Of a DNA stretch of 64,000 nucleotides, positions 33,185-48,600 are shown in pieces. The translations under genes and the position numbers were made by a program. The notes under the pieces are model-generated. The model had not been told where the DNA came from, did not search any database, and saw nothing but the letters and a program-made list of their open reading frames with translations. Numbering within the stretch: the first letter of the stretch is position 1; every line of letters starts with the position of its first letter. This DNA comes from Antedon mediterranea (taxonomy: Eukaryota; Animalia; Echinodermata). The stretch covers positions 11,408,001 to 11,472,000 of the forward strand of contig NC_092671.1 of assembly GCF_964355755.1 (NCBI RefSeq). The letters are read 5' to 3'.

Positions 33185-35020
33185 CGTGAAGATTGAAAAG
33201 ATGAGTAATTAATACAATAAAAAAAGAGTTAAAACAAGAGCATATTTAGTTTCTGGTAATATGTAGTTTCTCAGAGAATCAGAGTCACGCTTAGGCCCTG
33301 TCTCTGCAGAATTTTACATTTATATAAAAGCATACGCACATAAATTATTATTATTGACTGAATAACTGTTTTTCCGTACCATCAATCGTAATAAGAATTA
33401 ATAGTATGCCAATATAATATAATAGAAGGTATGAAGTATACCGTACGTGTATTTATTTGGATAACAGTGTACTGCTTTAGAGTGACATTTTTAGTTATAG
33501 ATGTATACGAGTGGAAAATGCATTAGTAACTGTCCTCACTCGCAGCTCATGACATAAAAATATAGGTAAATAAAAATGAAATAATAAATGAACGAGTTAA
33601 ACATTTCTATAATATATAAGTAGATAGAAAAGTAGATAGAAAAAAAAAATCTTTTCGAAACCTTGATTTTTTTTAATGGTATCAATTTGATTAATATAAC
33701 CAGTTTCAATAACGCTTAATAGGAGTAATAAAATGTTGCAAACGTACATTGAGAGCAGGAAATCTGGCAAGTTAATCGTTTTTGTTCAGCGACTAAATAT
33801 TATTATGAAGGTCATATAAATTTTAACTTGAAAGAAAGGTTATGGTTTTACTTGTAGTGCTTTTGCTATCATGAGAAAACGTTTTACGACGCACGCACTT
33901 TTAAAATCTTGGCCAGTGTTGTTGAGTCTACAAGATTTTGAAATGGAACGCGTCTGTAGCAATAATATTTTTTTAAATATTATTATTTAGAAAATAAATA
34001 GTGTACGCAGCCAATAAAAAATATTAAAATCAATGACATTGGGACTTCCCTCCATTGTGACTTCGTCGTGATGATTTTTCGAATTTCGTTTTGGCATTGA
34101 ATTTGTCTATGATTCGACAATGAGCCTGGGGATATAATAACCACATAACGACCTTCCTTTTGACGCACAGGGGTACGTTTAAGCACCCATATTATGGAAT
34201 AAAGTTATTTCCTGACCAGCTTCTGCTAAGCTGTCAGAATTAATTTCTTTCAGTCTTTATACACATTAAGCAGAATCTCCAAACGCATTTGTAATCATAC
34301 AATTCAATATAGCGCGTTATCGTGTCAATCGTCGCTTATGATTGGCAGGTACCTGGAAAAATTGCTGATAACACATTTAACAGCCAATCAGAATCATTAT
34401 GTCACACTGACTTTTATAACAATAATTTCAATTGTTACTGCATCGTAGACTTCATAGCTACTCTGGACATTCTTTAAGGTAGGCCTACGTATTTTTGCAT
34501 TTATTTATTTATTTTTTTATTCATGAACTTGTCAACTATAATAATATGTCTGTATAGACAGAACAGTTAAAAAATGTAAAACATATTTCTTTAAACATTT
34601 TATATGTCGCCATGAACTTATCAACTATAATATAGAAAGAATAGCTAAAAAATGTAAAACATATTTCTTTAACATTGTATATTTTGTCATCAACATTAAT
34701 ACACCAACGTAGGCCCTACTGTTGCTAGGTCTTGTAATTTGACTTTGTTTGTAAATTGATATAGGCCTACTAAATCCCACTTTGAGAATCGTGTTCTCCG
34801 TTTTTATTTTAATGATTAAAGTTTAATTCAATTGTAACAGTAGAACACCTCCTTTCGGAACACCACTATTATGGGGACAATTTCGGGTTAAGATGAACGA
34901 ACGAGAGATAACTTCAGGCAACACCTACTATTATAATCCTCTTAAAAGTCTCTACCGCATGTGAAATACCACTGTTCTTCTATTTTTTGTTCTCTAAACA
35001 GCTGTAAGCCAATATCATTT

Positions 35021-35326
35021 CCTGATAGTTAGGGAGCTCATGAATATTCATGATAGTTAGGGAGCTCATGAATATTCCTGATAGTTAGGGAGCTCATGAA
35101 TATTCATGATAGTTAGGAAGCTCATGAATATTCATGATAGTTAGGGAGCTCATGAATATTCCTGATAGTTAGGGAGCTCATGAATATTCCTGATAGTTAG
35201 GGAGCTCATGAATATTCCTGATAGTTAGGGAGCTCATGAATATTCCTGATAGTTAGGGAGCTCATGAATATTTCTGATAGTTAGGGAGCTCATGAATATT
35301 CCTGATAGTTAGGGAGCTCATGAATC
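35021..35326. repeat. 28-bp minisatellite, about 11 copies
   Basis: Unit c(c/a)tgatagttagggagctcatgaatatt. Confidence 0.97.
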
Positions 35327-38300
35327 ATTTGAAGTAAAAATACTAGGCTTTGTGTTGGTTAAATGCTATACCCTCTCTTATATTATTGAATATTATCATA
35401 AGGTGAGGGAGAAAATACAAATGTCACTCAAGGATTAGATATTCGTAACTCATTTTGTTGTAAGAAAATGTTCCTTGACCTGGTTAATCCATTACCAGAT
35501 GAATCCTCCACGCCCGTCGGATTGTCACCGATGTCAAGCACATAAGTTACCGGTTGTGACAATTATGACTTTTATCTGTCTCATTTCACTGATGTGCATC
35601 GGTCATTGGCCCACAATGCGGTTACAATGCTAATAATGGTTTGTAATGATTTATTTTAAAGTTCTGAATTGTGTTTCCAACCTGACTAAGCAAAAGTGCA
35701 AGTTATTCTGATTTGGGATTCGAACTTAGATTTCTTGATCAGTCGTCGAGTATTACACGTTAGCCCATCGTTTGCGCTTAAGCCTATTTTCCAGTCGACG
35801 TTGCGGCGCGTTGCGTTGAATTGACCGGATTCAACGTTTCTACAGGAAAAGGGGGTAAAAATAAACGCTTAAAATCGTTAAAATCTGCAATCGTTCAAGT
35901 TGAACTCGGTTCAACTTCAACGATACGATTGAATTCTGATCAATCAAATTGGTTTACAAATTACGTCATCATAGTTTAGTAAGATTTGAGTCCAAATGCA
36001 GGCGTAGGCTTATTGTTTGTGTATACTAAATACTGTACTTTTTGAACTAGTTCTGTTACTTACTTACGAAACGACATTTTGCTATAGATTTCATACGAGA
36101 TTAATGAGTTTATAGATATTACAATTACGTATCTACTTCTAATTGAACAATGTTTGTTTGTGGAGTGTTTCGTTATTATTTTTAAAACGTGACATCAGTT
36201 CAGAAAGTGGCGCCAACTCTAAAGAAATGTCAGACGTTGTGTTTATATATGAACTCTTATGATTAGTATTAGTTAATGTACATGTATTACATCTGACCAC
36301 ACCCTATAATGATTGACTCAACGGAAATCGAGTTTCGTGGTTCAATTTAAATTTAAGTATTAAAACAATTCAGTCGTATATGTGCCGTGCCGCTGTCATT
36401 ATAAACCGTAACCATTAAGGTTTGTCTTGTGATTCATACTAGGCTATATTTTGTTTATTTTTTTTACCATGTGATGTTTTAATTCCTCACTAATAACTTC
36501 ATTAATCAATATAATCATTGCGATAACAATTACAAATTTCAATGAGTTCATTTTGTTTAGATACCGAACTTCTGATAGAAATAAATTTTGTTGTTATTAT
36601 GATTAGAACATTTTGTTGGTACAATTACGTCGTCTAATTTCCAAATGTATTTAAAAGGTACATTAGTATAGGTCTGATAGTGAGTATTGTCCTTACCGTA
36701 ATATTTACTATTTCACACTTGACCTTTCATTTCAATTTTTGTTTATTTTTTAAATGATGTTAAATTTATGCTTTAAAGGTTTGTTTGTTTGTGAAGTAGG
36801 CCTATACAACAAGTTTTATTGTTTTAGAAAGTTCAAGAAAAAAAAGTAATATTGAGGGCGCTTTTGTGTATTTTAATTTTCTCAGGTGGTTTTTTGTCAA
36901 AATTAGATGACACCACTTTATCTGTCACATTATTTAGTACCATAACCAAACAATATTTACCGTAACCAACTAAACGTTTTGCAACAGATGAGTGTACATG
37001 TTTCGTATGCTACTTTATGAATCACCTGATGAAGAGTGGAATAATCGAGGTAGATTCACAGTACAAAGTACACAGTACAAGCAGGCTAAAACAAACATAC
37101 AAAGACACACTAGCTACCACTTCATCCAGCCAAGTCATATCCAGCTAAATCGGCAGCCTACTACAGTACTACCAGACTAGCACCAGACAATTTGAGTAAA
37201 AAGGTAAGGTATTGTACATTGATTGATATTTTGCATTGTTTTCACATAGATTGGATCAAAATGTTTACAGAAATATTGTGTTTGTAAGTTTTTTTTTTTA
37301 TTATTTTATGTTTTTCTTAAATATTTTTTTGTTCAATAAAGATTTGATAGCTGCTGAATACAATGAAGGCAGTCACATTAATGGCAGTGCTGTTTTTGCA
37401 GCTTGTTTCAAAAGGTAAGGTACTATCTGTCGTATACTATTCTAATAATGAATTAAAATGAGTTAAATGGGGAGATTATTTTCATGGGTTATTCATGCCA
37501 CTGAACTGCAACCAGTAGATGTATCCTTGCCATTTGATTGGTTAATTTGATATCACATCTGTTCATTATTAGTTCTATTGCACCGTAAAAGTTCTATTTA
37601 ATGGTTATTTAGTCCTAATTCTATTTACACAGTAGCTTTTAAAAACTGTTCATTATTAGTTCTATTGCACCGTAAAAGTTCTATTTAGTCCTAATTCCAT
37701 TTACACAGTAGCTTTTAAAAGAAAACATTTTTTAAAATTTTGCGTCACTCAAGAATGTTGCCGTTTCCAATAGACCAACCTTGCTTGTAAAATATGTTCC
37801 ATCTATAACTGTTTTACTCTGCAGCAAAAAAAGTAGCGCTATTTTATTGAATCTCCATCTTGCCTTCAACATTATTGATTAAAAAGATGCCTTGGATTAA
37901 TTGAATAAAAGTTTAGAATAGTAGTTGTGATTTTAAAAGAAATGAACGTTTTGTATAATTGAATAAAAAGAATGAAAACCTAAATCGGCTCAACGAATAC
38001 AACAAAAATATAAAACATTAAAAAATCAGATTAATTAAAGCCAACACATTTTAGCTCTAATCACCTCAGTCACTGACTAGGAAGTTGACTTATTATTTTA
38101 AAAATTAAAGCAGCTAAAGGAATTACCTGCTACCTTTGTTTGATTTTGATCTACAGAGTTGTGTGATCTGTAGTTTTTAATGCAATGTCAATGTCCTGTA
38201 ATTTTTGTATCCAGTGCTGTGTATCAAAGCTTTTATAGCTTCTATACTTACCATTTTTAATTATGTAATATGACTTCCAGGATGTATATCAGCCAGTGTT

Positions 38301-41300
38301 CTAATGCTCAAACCTATTCATGAATTATTTATACAAAAATTCATGTAATTGTTTCATTAATTCATCCTCAGTTGAGAATAAATTCGTATTTAAGCCTCCT
38401 ATGGACCCACAACAGCGGGCACAACAGTCACACACCGGAGGATGATCCTACTCTTTCCAAGTTATTATGATAATAATAAGCTATGCCTATTAAGAATACA
38501 AAAAATATTTGGCACAGACAAGTCTCGAACCCATGCCTCTCACACGCTAGCTTCGATCGTTACGCCATTTCCCTCTCTACTATTTATTATATTTAAGTGT
38601 TAAATAACACTTTTTTCCGAATTTTTACCATTTTTCTTTCTGTTTTTGAAGGATATGTTTTTATTGAAGACGGCCAAGTTTAGTTTACATTTAACTGAAT
38701 CAGAATAATTCAACAACTTCCACACGTTCAAGTCTGTTAGCAAACGGACCACACCCTTCGCAGCTGCTAAACATTAAAAAGAATATTTTAAATGACCTAC
38801 ATATCTAACATCAAATAGTTTGTAGTCTGTTGATCCCTAACGTGTGCGTGGATTGAACCGTATACGAGTCACTTAGTTTGACTAATTACGACCAACAATC
38901 ACTTCCATCAGTCTGGGCCACCTGCTTACCACGCACAGTGGTGTGTAACCACCACGCCCTTTTTACGACAGTTTAGTAAATGACGGACTATTAAGTTTTT
39001 TTGTTTTGGTATTCTAGTTGTCTTAAATATTTTTTGATAAATCTGTAATTTCTGTAATTATTCTCACAGGTGTTTATCCATGATGTGCAGTTGTTTTTTC
39101 CCTCTTGGCCAATATCCAAATCTATATTGTCAATTCTTATTTTGAATATAAACTTTAAATTTGATGTATTAAACTTAGTGATTCAAAGTTTCAGTGTTTA
39201 GAGTTCAGAGTATAATAGAAAATCAACTGATCAACTTGCCAGCTTTCATTCATTAGGTTTTTTTTTTATCTAGATAGTACTCGCCCACTCCTCTCTCCTC
39301 TTTATCCCCCCACCTCCTCCTTTTTATAGTCTTGATACTACTGTAGAGTAGTTTGATATACAATTTAACTATACAAAAATATGACAATATTACAGAAATA
39401 CAGACATTTCAAAAAACACAAACAAAATATGTACAGTTGTTCAAACCCGATTCGATGATAGTCGTGACCTATCACATTTGTAGAATTACTAAGTATTTAT
39501 TTAAAAAAGAACAATTTTACTTTTGCAAAGAATTTTGGGATATTGAAATTTATCTGGAACTCTTTTAAGTTGTACTTGTAGTTTATTAAAACTTATTTTT
39601 AAGAGTTTTATATTGGTTACGCCCAAGTTATCATTATTATTATTATAATTCATAATGACATATTTGAATATCTCTTTTCACCTTATTATTATAATGTAAT
39701 TACTACAAACAGAAAACATGAGTAATTCCAGGGTTCCAGTAGCTGTAATTTAGCATTTTTTTTTTTTACGGGAATTGAAAGATAACCAGGCAAATTTCCT
39801 TTCAACAAGCCAATCAATATTGCCAAGATCTTTTAAACCAGGTTTACACGCCGTTTATAAACTTTCTATAAGTTGATATTTCCCATTCAGAATCAATCTG
39901 TACTGTATAATCATTCCCAGAGTGACTCCTCCTTTTCCTTTCAATTTGCTACTAACTGATTGTACGATGATCTCTCCTGAGAGTTCAAATCATAAAAAAG
40001 TGGCCAAGCGCGATTTATTATCACTTTTATCAATATCTACAAGTGTAGGCTTACCACCTTGTCATGTATCAAACATTCTGCGTTTTATCTAATGAATTAA
40101 GTTATATACAGTAGCTCAGGAAAAATTAATTTTAACTTAATGAAATTTAATCTAAACAAGTTTAAAATAGGAATAATGTTCTGCTATATGTGTTTTAATG
40201 GATAAAAATAAAAATATTTCAGTTGAGATATTTAAATATATATTCTGCAGTTTACGTCGACTGTGCCCCCCCCCCCCCCCAGGTCCAACCCTAGGGAGAT
40301 TGTGAGCCGTGAATAGAACGGTTTTAAAAACTTTTTTATAATATAATGTTAAAATGTTAAATGTTATATTATTCAGGTCTTCAAACTTAACTGGAAACTG
40401 AGGAATACTATAATGGCCTTTTCCAATTCAAATCTAAATACCTGTATGATTCTTATAATAACTTATGTAATATCATGTGACTTGCTCTTGATTATAGCAA
40501 CCATAAGTACATTTAGGCCTGGTTTTTCTATACTAAATATTTGCACAGGCTGTGAATTGGGGAGGTGTACCTAACCTTTGGACTACCTTTAAGTACTTTT
40601 CGGCAATCTTCTGATAAGAAATCATTAATTTTAAGTTAAAAATTAATTTCTTACGAGACTCAATGTATTTACATTGTATTGATGTGAAGTAAGGTATTTT
40701 TGAATTGAAAGTCTTTTTGTAATAGGTTCATGATTAATTGATAAATATTATATAGATATAAAATATACTTGATTTATAACATGCATGTGTGTGTTGCCAA
40801 TTGATTGGTTGGTATTATTTGGATGTATTTCACATTTTGGTTCTTTTTTAATTTATAAAACTTTGTACAACATCCTTCGGCTCCCACTTCTTGTCCAAAT
40901 TCTAAGCACCATATTTTTTAAAAGCATTATAACCTTCAGCAGGTGTATTAACAAAAAAATATGTTTTATATTCATGTAAAAGGTGTACTTGTTTAATTAT
41001 TAAATAGACCCATCCATCATGAAGTCATGAAAATATTTTATCCATTCCATGAATATAAAACAATTTCTGAATGATAGCTCTAGTTATGCATGCTTAAACT
41101 GATCCAAATTATATTTAACTTTACATCCGTAGTTTGTGCTTGTGTTAGTTAACTCCCTTATTTATACCTCAATAACCAGACATAAGTTCTGATTTTGCGT
41201 TTGAATACAGTACAAGCTAACCGCAATGAAACTGTGATGGACCACAATTTAAGAAAAGAGCCTGATTTTTTTTATATATTATTCATAGTTCTCTTGCTAT

Positions 41301-41757
41301 CCAACTACTTGACCTAAATATGACCCTGATTTGCATTATCCTTGGTCTGTCAAACACCATTCAATTTAAAGAAGAATCATATTTAAGTTATTGATGAGTG
41401 TAGTATCTTGTCATTCACACACCTGTTTATTGCTGTCACCTACAAGTAAAATTGCTCATTGTCATCACGACACAACTTGTCATCACATACAGGCTTTACA
41501 AGATTTAATCTTTTTAAAGAGAGTGTACTTAAAGTATTCAACGAGACATCATGATTGATCTTATAAGATGCACTTCTAATGGGTTCGGTTTGTGAATCGG
41601 AGCAGGGTGTGGCGCTGGTGTTCACAAACATCTTAATGAATCATTCTGAGAACAGTGACCATGTGCTCATTTTGTACATCATTCTCGCACTAAGACTCTT
41701 AAATGTGATGAATAAGCATCGGCGTCAAATAAGCACTGAAACAAATCATCACCTTGC

Positions 41758-42102
41758 TTAAAGATGTATTATCCCCCAAAAATATAAAAAAAGAAGATTA
41801 ATAAAATCAGACTTTAAATATGCCATTTGCAGTTTTAATATAAAAATTATTCACTTTTGCAAAAAAAAAATTAGGTCACTTATAAAAAAAACAAAAGAAA
41901 CTTAATTAGTTAATTTTAACCAAACCATTATCTGTCAGACAATTTAGGTATTTTTTGCTTTCAATTACATTTTTTTCGGGTAAATATTTTTTTTTTTCGA
42001 TCAAGTTTTTGGTCAAAGTGAATAATATTATGTGACTTTAAAATGGCATATTAAAAAAATAATTGAAAGCAAATATTTTTTAGAGGGACAATATAATTTT
42101 AA
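41758..42102. mobile_element. Kolobok-like MITE family (copies near 20310, 43250-43555, 49960-50288, 61050-61225)
   Basis: Ends ttaaagatgtatt(g/a)tcccc...gggacaata with shared internal sequence (gaagattaataaaatcagac, gtcaaagtgaataa, aaaatggcata). Superfamily assignment is tentative. Confidence 0.55.
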
Positions 42103-42625
42103 ATGTGATTATCTGGTGGGGGACAGTAAAAAATAACAGGCGACACATATAGCGCATGAAAAAAATACCTTCTGATGAAACGTATTATAATAGCAAAACA
42201 GCATTCCAACAGGCGACACGTCCTATGGCGCATGAAAACGATACCTTCTGTTCAAATGTATTATAATAGCTATGTTATTTCCTGTAAGACTAACTAAGGT
42301 GCGGTTCACTGGTAACATATTTAATGAATCATACGTACACTAACCTATCATCTATCATTCAGTTAATTAATGTCAGTAAGGGTGTGTCCTTTTAATGACT
42401 CTGGATCAGGAAGTGTTTCCACCAATTCAAAAAAGATTCAATGACTTTTACATGTTTCTTTTGCCATGTTTAAATGACTTTCGAAACTAGTTACTGTGAA
42501 TAATATATGTAATATACTAGTTCAAATATTAGATCTTTTACTGTAATAAGTTACTGTATATGTAATGGATTTACAGTACAAAGTACATAGAAACATAATT
42601 ACTACCCTGAATTTTTTTTTTATAG

Positions 42626-45600
42626 GTACTTTCGTGATGAGCCAAAATCCTACCACAATGCTACCATTGACTTCAATTCAAAGTAGGCCTTTAATCTTTT
42701 TTTTGGGGGGGTGAGTGGGGGGGGGGGGTGTCTGGATTTTTATCCACCCATACCCCCCTCCCCCCCCCCCAAAAAAAACCAAAATTATTACTCTTGTTTA
42801 TCACTGTTTATGTGGAAATTAAGGAGATAGGATTATACTTTAGATTGCATTAATTTATTTACCAAATTCTTGTGTCTAACATTAACCTAAAATTGTATAG
42901 GCCTACAGTATAATAGTGGGTGGGATTATACTTGAAACATATAGAGTAATTACTTTGATTTGTATTTTTCATTGTGTATTGTTACAATTCTTTGCTTTCT
43001 TATTGTTAACAGTGACAACCGATACAACTACAAGGTATAGACCGATCACACCACCTCCTCCACCGCCACCACCACCAGCACCACCGTCCTCTCTGTTTCC
43101 ACCAGTAAACAGTACAACGATGGCACCACCTACCAGTATGACACCAGTAAACCCAACCAACAGTGTTCCAACGATTACAATCACTAGTAATCCAAGCACT
43201 AGTGTTCATTCAAGGACTACAGGTAACGTTGAAATACCAACAAATTGTAAAAGATGTATTACGGTCCCCCAATAACATGAAAATTGAAGATTAATAAAAT
43301 CAGATTTTAAATTGGCCATTTTGCAGTTTTAATGAAATAATTATTTCACTTATAAAAAGACAAGAAAAAACGGTTAATTTTAACCAAAAACCATTGTCTG
43401 ACAGATAGTGTATTTGCTTTAAATTAAATTTTTTCAGGTAAATAATTTTTTTTATCCAGTTTTTAGTCAAAATGAATAACTATTATGTGACATTAAAATG
43501 GCATATTCCAAAAAAAAAATCTGAACAAAATAATTTTTTTTAGGAGGACAATAATATATTCTCTTGTATTGTATTTTTTTTAAATTTGGATCCGCCTATG
43601 CAGAGCAGTTAATGGTTCAAATGGATATTTTTGTATTTTCACAGTAATGACAAGCAGAATGGTTCCAAAAACTCCAAGTGTCATGCCAAGTATTACTCCA
43701 ACTTCTATGACTACTCCAGGTTTGCATAAAACATTTAATTTATTATTATTTATTAAAATATCAGTCAATCAATGTTAGTATAAAATGGGCAGACAATCTG
43801 TGTAAGGGTCTGTCTACACTGTCCAACTTGATGTGACAAAAACATGTGGACATGATGATGTCATATCACTACCATATTTGGGCATATCACACTTTTTTTG
43901 TCAAACTAGTTTGATAGTGTAGACAGAGCTTAAGGGTCATACGTAGGATTGAGTGTGAACCCTCAACCCCCTGGCTACTGGCTTGATAAGCATGTACTGT
44001 AATAATAAACTTATTATTTTTGTTTTCAGTTACTGATTATTGCAAGGAAGAGAACAACTGTGAACATATTTGTGTTAATATTAAAGATGGTTTCAGATGT
44101 GAATGTAACGCTGGTTATATGCTGCAGAAGGACCAAGCTAAATGTAAAGGTATGGACAACCTTAAATCAGAAATACTTTTTGTCAATCATTAACATGTTG
44201 GCTTAATAATAGAGTCATCCAACAGCAAGTAACTAATAGTGATAATTTCTGAATTAATCCTGAATGTGATAAACAGTAGTCATGCCAATAAATTCATATT
44301 TGGAGACTAATGACTGGTTCACTAATTCACTTGGATGCAACGACATAGGGGCAACAAATGTGAGTTGATCAATCACATGAAACAGTTCCGATGGCCCTTC
44401 GTGATTGGTCAAGTTACCTGCAGTACAGTACGTCCTTGTGTTCTGTCAAAGAGTCGTTGGCACTACAGTAAGTCACGATTGAAGAATGAACCACAAAATA
44501 TTACTAAAGATCTAAATCTGTATAATTAGCATTGATTCCAAACAATTCAAAAACATCTTTAGTAATATTAAAATCAATCATTTTTAACCCCCTCCCCCTC
44601 TTTTTTTTTTATAGATATAAATGAGTGCAATTCAATTTATAATGATTGCCCATCAAACTCAATGTGCGTCAACTCTAAAGGAAACTATACATGTATATGC
44701 ATTGAAGGTTTTGAGGAAAATGACAAAGGGCAATGTGATGGTATGTATGTAATACTTTAAAAATGTTTTTACAGAAAAGTAAAGTTTGAGAAACAGGTTA
44801 TAATGCTTCAACCGTCGTGTGGGGTATTACACCAGAAGACAGTTGTCACATAACAACTTAAACGTTCAGAAATGCTAATCTTTATCTTGTTTCCTCTTTA
44901 GAATCAGATGGTGTACCGCAAACCTTACTTTATATTAATGAATGTGTTTTTAAAATTTGTTTGCATCTCTCTTTTTCTAAAGATGTTGATGAGTGTTCTG
45001 CGATTCGCAATCCATGTCCAAGCAACTCTGCGTGTGAAAATACTGAAGGCTCTTACATTTGCAATTGTAATGAGGGCTATTTTGAAGAAGATGACAGCTG
45101 CACAAGTATGCTTTGTCTTGTATTTTAGGCCTACAGTAGTTGATAATGATACTATGTTAATAGTGGTTACCTAACCACCAATCCCAGGTGGGAGCCAACT
45201 TGGTTTATAACTTGGCACTGGCAGAATACAAAAGATAGACCATTGGGTTAAGTCATGACTTCATTTTTAGGCCATATTCACCTATCAAACTTAAGTAAAA
45301 TATTTTCCTTAAATATTAAGTATTTCCCTTATATTGTATTCACTTGGATAGGAGATTTCTTTGTGTTTCCATTAAATGGCATGTTGAATATGGCCACTGG
45401 GTCCTAAACATATCTACAGTATTTTATTTTAAAATCCTATAAAATCCTATATACAGTAATATATCTGAATTAATTGAATTTCTTTTTGAAGACATTGACT
45501 ACTGTGAGATGGGTAATGACTGTGAGCATATATGTGTAGATAGAATATCCACTTACTCCTGTAGCTGTTATCCAGGATATTCACTCAACTCTGATGCCAA

Positions 45601-48600
45601 GACTTGCACAGGTTTGTATAAATAGTAGTAGAAAAGCTTTGGGACACAACAAAGTTTACCCTTGGGGTGTTTCAACCTCAATAGGGGTTAATGGCTGTAC
45701 TGTCTAAGTATATTGTTCCGTGTTTGTTTTACAGGGAAAATGCCCCTTTTATGGGTGTCCCTTGAAAAGGACCGGTGTTTCCTGAATAGGGTTGTCTCCT
45801 GAATAGGGTTGTCTCCTGAATAGGAGTGTCTCCTGAATTAGAGTGTCTTCTAAACAGCAGTGTCCCAAAAGAGGGGTTCTATAGTATTCAATTTGTCTTT
45901 ATTTCAATGTTTATTCTCATCTTCAGAGGATGGAGTTGAATGCTCATTAACCTGCGTCAATGGTTTTTGTGTGACTGGATTTTTTGGTGACAGGTGCGAG
46001 TGCTCACCTGGATATGTAAATGAAAATGACACTTGTGTGGGTGAGTAAAGCAGGCTGTAACCATGTAATGTGCATTAAAAGGCAGACTACACCAAAATGT
46101 AGATGATATAAAGGGGTGCATATATAGAAACAAAATTCACAAAAACACTGTTGATTACACTTAATTGGTTACCCTTACATTTACAGTAATTCAGTAGCCT
46201 GAAAATTCTTTTACAATGATGTAAAATGACCTAGACTTTAAATTTAAATAAAATTATACACACTTAACTGGAAACAGGAAATTTGGATTAGGCTATCTAC
46301 AGAGCCACAAGAGCCAGAAGTACAACGCCTACACTGATCAGCACACCGGGAGACCTCCTACTTTTTTTTCATGAGCAATAATATTATGTTCACAGGACCA
46401 TCATCCCATCCAAAGGACAACGCAATGAAAGTAAAGCATCGTTTTTACCTCAACCAAGGAAATTAGCCTAAATCACACACAGCATTAAGACACACACAAA
46501 TATATATATATATTTCCCCGGAGAAATCTTATGTAGGAGAACTTTACAGTAGGCACTCTCGGAGTGGCTTCCTAGTATAAGGATATAATCAATATGGCAC
46601 ATACAAGCTTGAATTCATAATATTCATATGCTTGTCCAATTTTATGCTATGTCACTCTTGAGTTCTCTGAATTTTCCTTCTCTATGTCAATACAATAAAG
46701 GCAACATTTTGTGTAAAAATAATATTTTTTTCTTCTGCAGACATTAATGAATGCAAAATTCCTACCTCAATTCCTGACTTAATTCTTCGAAAATGTGATG
46801 GTCTCTGCACAAATTTTGACGGTACTTATGAGTGTAGATGCTTGAATGGACAGATACAAGCGCCTGATGGACGAACATGCATCGGTAATATTTGATTTAC
46901 AATGTGAAACCTACTGTACAATACATGTTTTAGTGATTAATCCAATTTTGTCATACCGTATGTTTTATATGTGTTATATAGACAAATGCGTGTTGTGGAA
47001 TTCCTAAACGTGTTCAGAGATAGGCTGTTTTCTAAACAATGCCGTTTTGAATCATTTGTAGATCGCACCTAATATAGAAATTAAAGGATTTACTTGCTTA
47101 TTATATTCAATGTTGTTTTTTCAGATATTGATGAATGTGCTCATGATACATTGAACGATTGCGCACCACCATCAGAGGGCGGCAATTGTACCGATTTAAT
47201 AGCCCCACTAAGGTACAAATGCTCTTGTTTATCTGGATACCAAGGAAACGGCAGATCATGTGAAGGTAAGTGGAGTGGAGCTGTAGCTTGGTGGTTGACG
47301 CGCTTGCCTTCCAACCCTAAGGTCCACAGTTCAATCCTGACCTAGTGCCAGACGTGCCACTCCCTAAACTTCAAATGAGACTTAAGCTCTGTCTACACTA
47401 TCAAACTTTATGTGACAACAAAATGTGAAATGCTCATATACGGACATGATGTCATATCACCACCATATTTGGGATTATCATTACCATATTTGAGCACATC
47501 ACACTTGTAAAACTAGTGTAGACAGACAGAGCTTGTTGATAAGCAAGATAAATTATAAAATAGTCCATATATCCATCCTGTAATTGGTGAGTTACTTTAG
47601 TAAAAATATTTTTTTTATTTTTTATATTGGAGACTCCAATTAGGTTTATTTATTACTTTACAGGTTACTTTTTAAAATGTTAGTTTATAAGTCTTCTGTT
47701 CAGCTGTATACCATTTATGCATGTTCCTTTAAATTATTTGAATTTATACCACTCAAAACTAACCATATCACAAAATAGTAATGGATACTTGTTCAGTTGA
47801 ACCGTGTGAGGGTGAAAATATGATTTGTGAGAATTATCCTGGAAGTCGAAGATGTTATTGTGAACCAGGTTACTATAAAACTGAAAGAGGAGATTGTCAA
47901 AGAGGTAGGAATGGGTCAAGCATCTTGAGAAGGGAAATTATCTATATGAGGGTATTAGGAAAGCTCCATTGCACATATGCATCATCAAATATTTTCCTTT
48001 AATACAAGCTCATACTCTTCCCCTACCCCCCAATCCATCATTTTGGAAAAACCACCAAATCAATTTAATGTTTATACTGTGAAATATGTTACCATTACAA
48101 TTTGGTTTATGCTTAATGCAAACCTTACACAATACAGTGGAACCCTCTATTAATGGGAAATCTTTAGGACCATCAAAGTATCCCCTTTTAGAAGTGCCTT
48201 GATCGTAGTTTTTAAAAGGGATTTTTCCCTTTATTTGTTTCACAAGAGAGATTCTTCAATTGAGGTGTCCCAAATGAAGTATTCTACTACTAATAATCAT
48301 TGAAGTAACATATTGTTATTTATTTTGAATTTAATTTTTCTTTTGTAGTTGAGCAGACCTATTCTACATTTGTAACTTTGGATGGCCCACAGGACGTGTT
48401 TACAGATGAGTTAAAAGATAAAACTAGTGATGCTTACATACAGATGGCCACAGATATTGAATTGAGTGTATGTGACATTTATTCGGCCCTGATAAACAGG
48501 ACTTCTCCCTCTGCTCGTTAAAATGCATTATGTGAATTTCTCATTTAATAAGAATTTAAATATATATAATGTATTGTTCCCTCTATGCCATTTTAATGTC

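Noticed and set aside
36560-41760. Candidate 5' exons or signal peptide for the EGF/SEA gene
   Set aside because: Several AG/GT-bounded segments exist, but none gave a convincing in-frame signal peptide.
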